NCBI RefSeq assembly: GCF_006345805.1
Contig: NW_021835739.1
Coordinates: 1 to 40,665 of the forward strand
Direction: 5' to 3'
Origin: Octopus sinensis
Lineage: Eukaryota
DNA: 40,665 nucleotides
Part shown: positions 37,964-40,665 of the stretch, in pieces
Layout: the number at the start of each line of letters is the position of its first letter
How positions within the stretch are numbered: the first letter of the stretch is position 1
Notes under the pieces: generated by a model
Database searches by the model: none
What the model was told of the DNA's origin: nothing
What the model saw: only the letters and a program-made list of their open reading frames with translations
Program-made: the position numbers and the translations under genes

Positions 37964-38007
<44 letters not shown>

Positions 38008-38012
38008 TGAAT

Positions 38013-38206
38013 ATAAGTTAATCCAAACATGAAAACACAAAGAGAAAAGGACGTGGAACAAGTATAGTATTATTGGACGCCCAGGAAGGAAGGAAACGGA
38101 GGGTTTAACGTTTCGAGCGGAGCTCTTCGTCAGAAACATAGGGAAAGGAAAGATCCAAGAAGGAAGACGGAGGAAAATATGGCCAACGGTACACACACGG
38201 TACATT

Positions 38207-38257
<51 letters not shown>

Positions 38258-38304
38258 CATACATAACACACACACATACATACATACACAACCACACACA
38301 CACA

Positions 38305-38353
<49 letters not shown>

Positions 38354-38422
38354 GGAAAGAAAGATCCAAAGAAGGGAGACGAATGAAAAATCGCCACGGT
38401 ACACACGCGGTTACATTTTGAA
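38013..38422 (-). mobile_element. Probable Penelope-like terminal repeat with partial direct repeat and hammerhead
   Basis: 38143-38212 repeated at ~38355-38422 across (TA)/(CA) tracts; hammerhead motif at 38103-38137; terminates in (AT)n. Confidence 0.6.
38103..38137 (-). ncRNA. Minimal type I hammerhead ribozyme motif
   Basis: GUUU-CUGACGA-A-GAGC(UCC)GCUC-GAAA-CG-U-U-AAAC: canonical core, 4-bp stems I and II, palindromic ACGU stem III, GUU triplet. Confidence 0.7.
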
Positions 38423-38455
38423 CCGGAATATCATGTATGTATGTATGTATGTATG

Positions 38456-38503
<48 letters not shown>

Positions 38504-38574
38504 TATACATACATACATCCATACATACATACACACATACATACATATATACATATAATATATAATTATATATA

Positions 38575-38636
<62 letters not shown>

Positions 38637-38819
38637 ACAGACTGGTAAATAAAGAGAGAGAGAGTGATGATATATAATGCATTGTCTAAAGATGAACAGG
38701 GTAAATGTTTTCTTAAATTTTTCCTTACATTTCGGAATTACTACTATTTTGCGGTTGGAGCCCTGGCTGCTATTTCTAGTGGGTCGAACGGCCTATTGTA
38801 GCCGTTCCTCAATTGATGC

Positions 38820-38853
<34 letters not shown>

Positions 38854-38953
38854 GATAGATAGATATACATATCGATAGATAAACAAACAGATAGATAGAT
38901 AAAAAGATAGTTTGACAGACAAACAGATGGTCAAGAAAACAGAGAGATAGATT

Positions 38954-39006
<53 letters not shown>

Positions 39007-39286
39007 AGAGTGTGTGATGGGGCAAGAGAGAATGCCATCTGTTGGAATTGTGGATTGTATGAGAAGATTGATTTATATACACGCACATTATACATACATT
39101 ATGCATTATACATACGTGTTTGAGCAAATCTGTAAAATATGGCTAATCTTCACTTGCGTTTCCATAATCTGATTAGGGCTGGCGGAATATCATGTAGCGC
39201 TTCACATATGAGTGCGTGCGTGTGTGTGTGGGGGGGGGGGTGCGTGTGCGTGCGTGTTTGTGTGTGTATACGTACAAACATAATGC

Positions 39287-39328
<42 letters not shown>

Positions 39329-39505
39329 GAGCGTGTAGATGTAAATGTGTGAATGTGTGTATATATATATATATACACACACACAAACGTATATAAATGC
39401 AAATATGTAAGTATCAATGTATATTTATATAAGTGTTGCTTTATACATACATATACACACATGCATACACACTCACGTGCTCACATATATACTTATATTT
39501 CTCCT

Positions 39506-39537
<32 letters not shown>

Positions 39538-39560
39538 TGTATGTATAGATAGATAGATCA

Positions 39561-39610
<50 letters not shown>

Positions 39611-39954
39611 ATATATTATAAATATATTATATAACTTTATATATATATAATATATCTTTCTTATTATATTATTATTATATTATTATTATTATTTATTTAC
39701 TTATTTATTTATTTATTTGTGTGTGTGAGTGTTTATCTAAATTAACAGAACACCTTAACCCTTGGCTTCACATTCATTGAATTCGGTTAAACAGGTGTTA
39801 CAAACAAATACCTTTATAAAGTTATAACCACATTTCTCTCCCACCCTCATTTCTTAACCACCCCGTATATAAACCACATTGACTGCATTGCTGTTCCTCC
39901 CCTCCGCAATTACTGAACACAACTCGGCGAAACATCCTCACCGCATTCCTTCTA

Positions 39955-40115
39955 AGGCGTGGCTGTGTGATAAGACGCTTGTTTTCCAACCACATGGTTC
40001 CAGCTTCAGTACCACTGCGTGGCATCCACCTTGGGCAAGTGTCTTTTACTACAGCCTCAGGCCCACCTAACTCTTCTGAGTGGATCTGGTAGACGGAAGT
40101 CGGAAGAAACCCGTC
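39955..40115 (+). mobile_element. tRNA-headed CORE-like SINE
   Basis: Homologous to 11781-11940; 'caccttgggcaagtgtctt..acagcctc'; (TA)n tail. Confidence 0.75.
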
Positions 40116-40117
40116 TT

Positions 40118-40141
<24 letters not shown>

Positions 40142-40148
<7 letters not shown>

Positions 40149-40305
40149 ACAAAATGGGACAAGAACGCAAAACATCCGGACAGCTAGGTGATAAGCTAGG
40201 TGATACAAAAAGGGACAACAAAACATCCAGATAGGCGATACAAAAACCAAGGTTGGGTCATTCGAAGCTTTCTATCTTCAGTGAAGAACCGGATCATCCT
40301 CGCAA
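40142..40305 (+). mobile_element. Repeat homologous to the left arm of the 6901-7120 foldback
   Basis: 'tacaaaatgggacaagaacgcaaaacatcc.gacag..gggtcattcg.ag.tttct.tc.tcagt' shared; internal tandem units 'ctaggtgata' and 'aaaacatcc'. Confidence 0.7.
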
Positions 40306-40665
40306 CTCTGCCGTCCAGGACCAAACTTGTGCGACTTCATTACAACTAAGGCGTTCTATAGAGGATTAGTGGAGGGGAGTTGCGACGATGTTCTCGGGCG
40401 GAATCTGGGCGTCGACGAGGAACACCTGACCCGCCTGTTCAGGACAACTTTCGAGCCGGGACCTATGGACAAATGCCAAAGATCCCTGGCCTAGCAGTGC
40501 TATCAGGAAGCATTACCTGTTCGGGATAAGCTCTACAGGCACGGTTCGAGACACACCGGACCGACTTGCTCAAGATGTGGCCAGAGTGACAAAACCGTTC
40601 TGCACGCACTCGTGCAGTGTCCAACCATTTCGGACAAGTGGCCTTATGCCGAACGACTGCTGTCA
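40306..40665 (+). mobile_element. L1/Tx1-clade LINE ORF2 C-terminal fragment (zf-RVT), 5'-truncated, runs off window
   Basis: Frame from 40306: ..QRSLA*QCYQEALPVRDKLYRHG..CSRCGQSDKTVLHALVQCP..W; C-x2-C-x8-H-x4-C knuckle; one stop (TAG 40492-40494) at the position of a conserved Trp. Confidence 0.8.

Overview
Eukaryotic, AT-rich, extremely microsatellite-dense DNA. The tRNA-derived SINE families and repeat landscape look like a coleoid cephalopod (probably Octopus), an inference from recognised repeats. Almost all ORFs in the supplied track are translations of simple repeats. The real coding signal is transposon-derived: a near-full-length, young CR1-clade LINE (20819-24425; ORF1 plus APE-RT ORF2, three 1-bp frameshifts, 32-bp target-site duplication), five decayed R4/Dong-type (RLE) LINE fragments mostly abutting microsatellites, an RTE RT fragment, a Tx1/L1 zinc-knuckle fragment at the right edge, and two DD37D (maT) Tc1/mariner relics. 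Also present: many SINEs, two Helentron-associated (HINE-like) elements, probable Penelope-like terminal repeats (two with minimal hammerhead ribozyme motifs, two folded back as long inverted repeats), and a ~1.7-kb tandem duplication. No host gene is confidently identified; only weak candidate exons. The best leads are the in-phase -1 slippery sites in the CR1 ORF1/ORF2 overlap, the hammerhead motifs, and microsatellite-targeted retrotransposition. I see no convincing evidence of a wholly new biological system.
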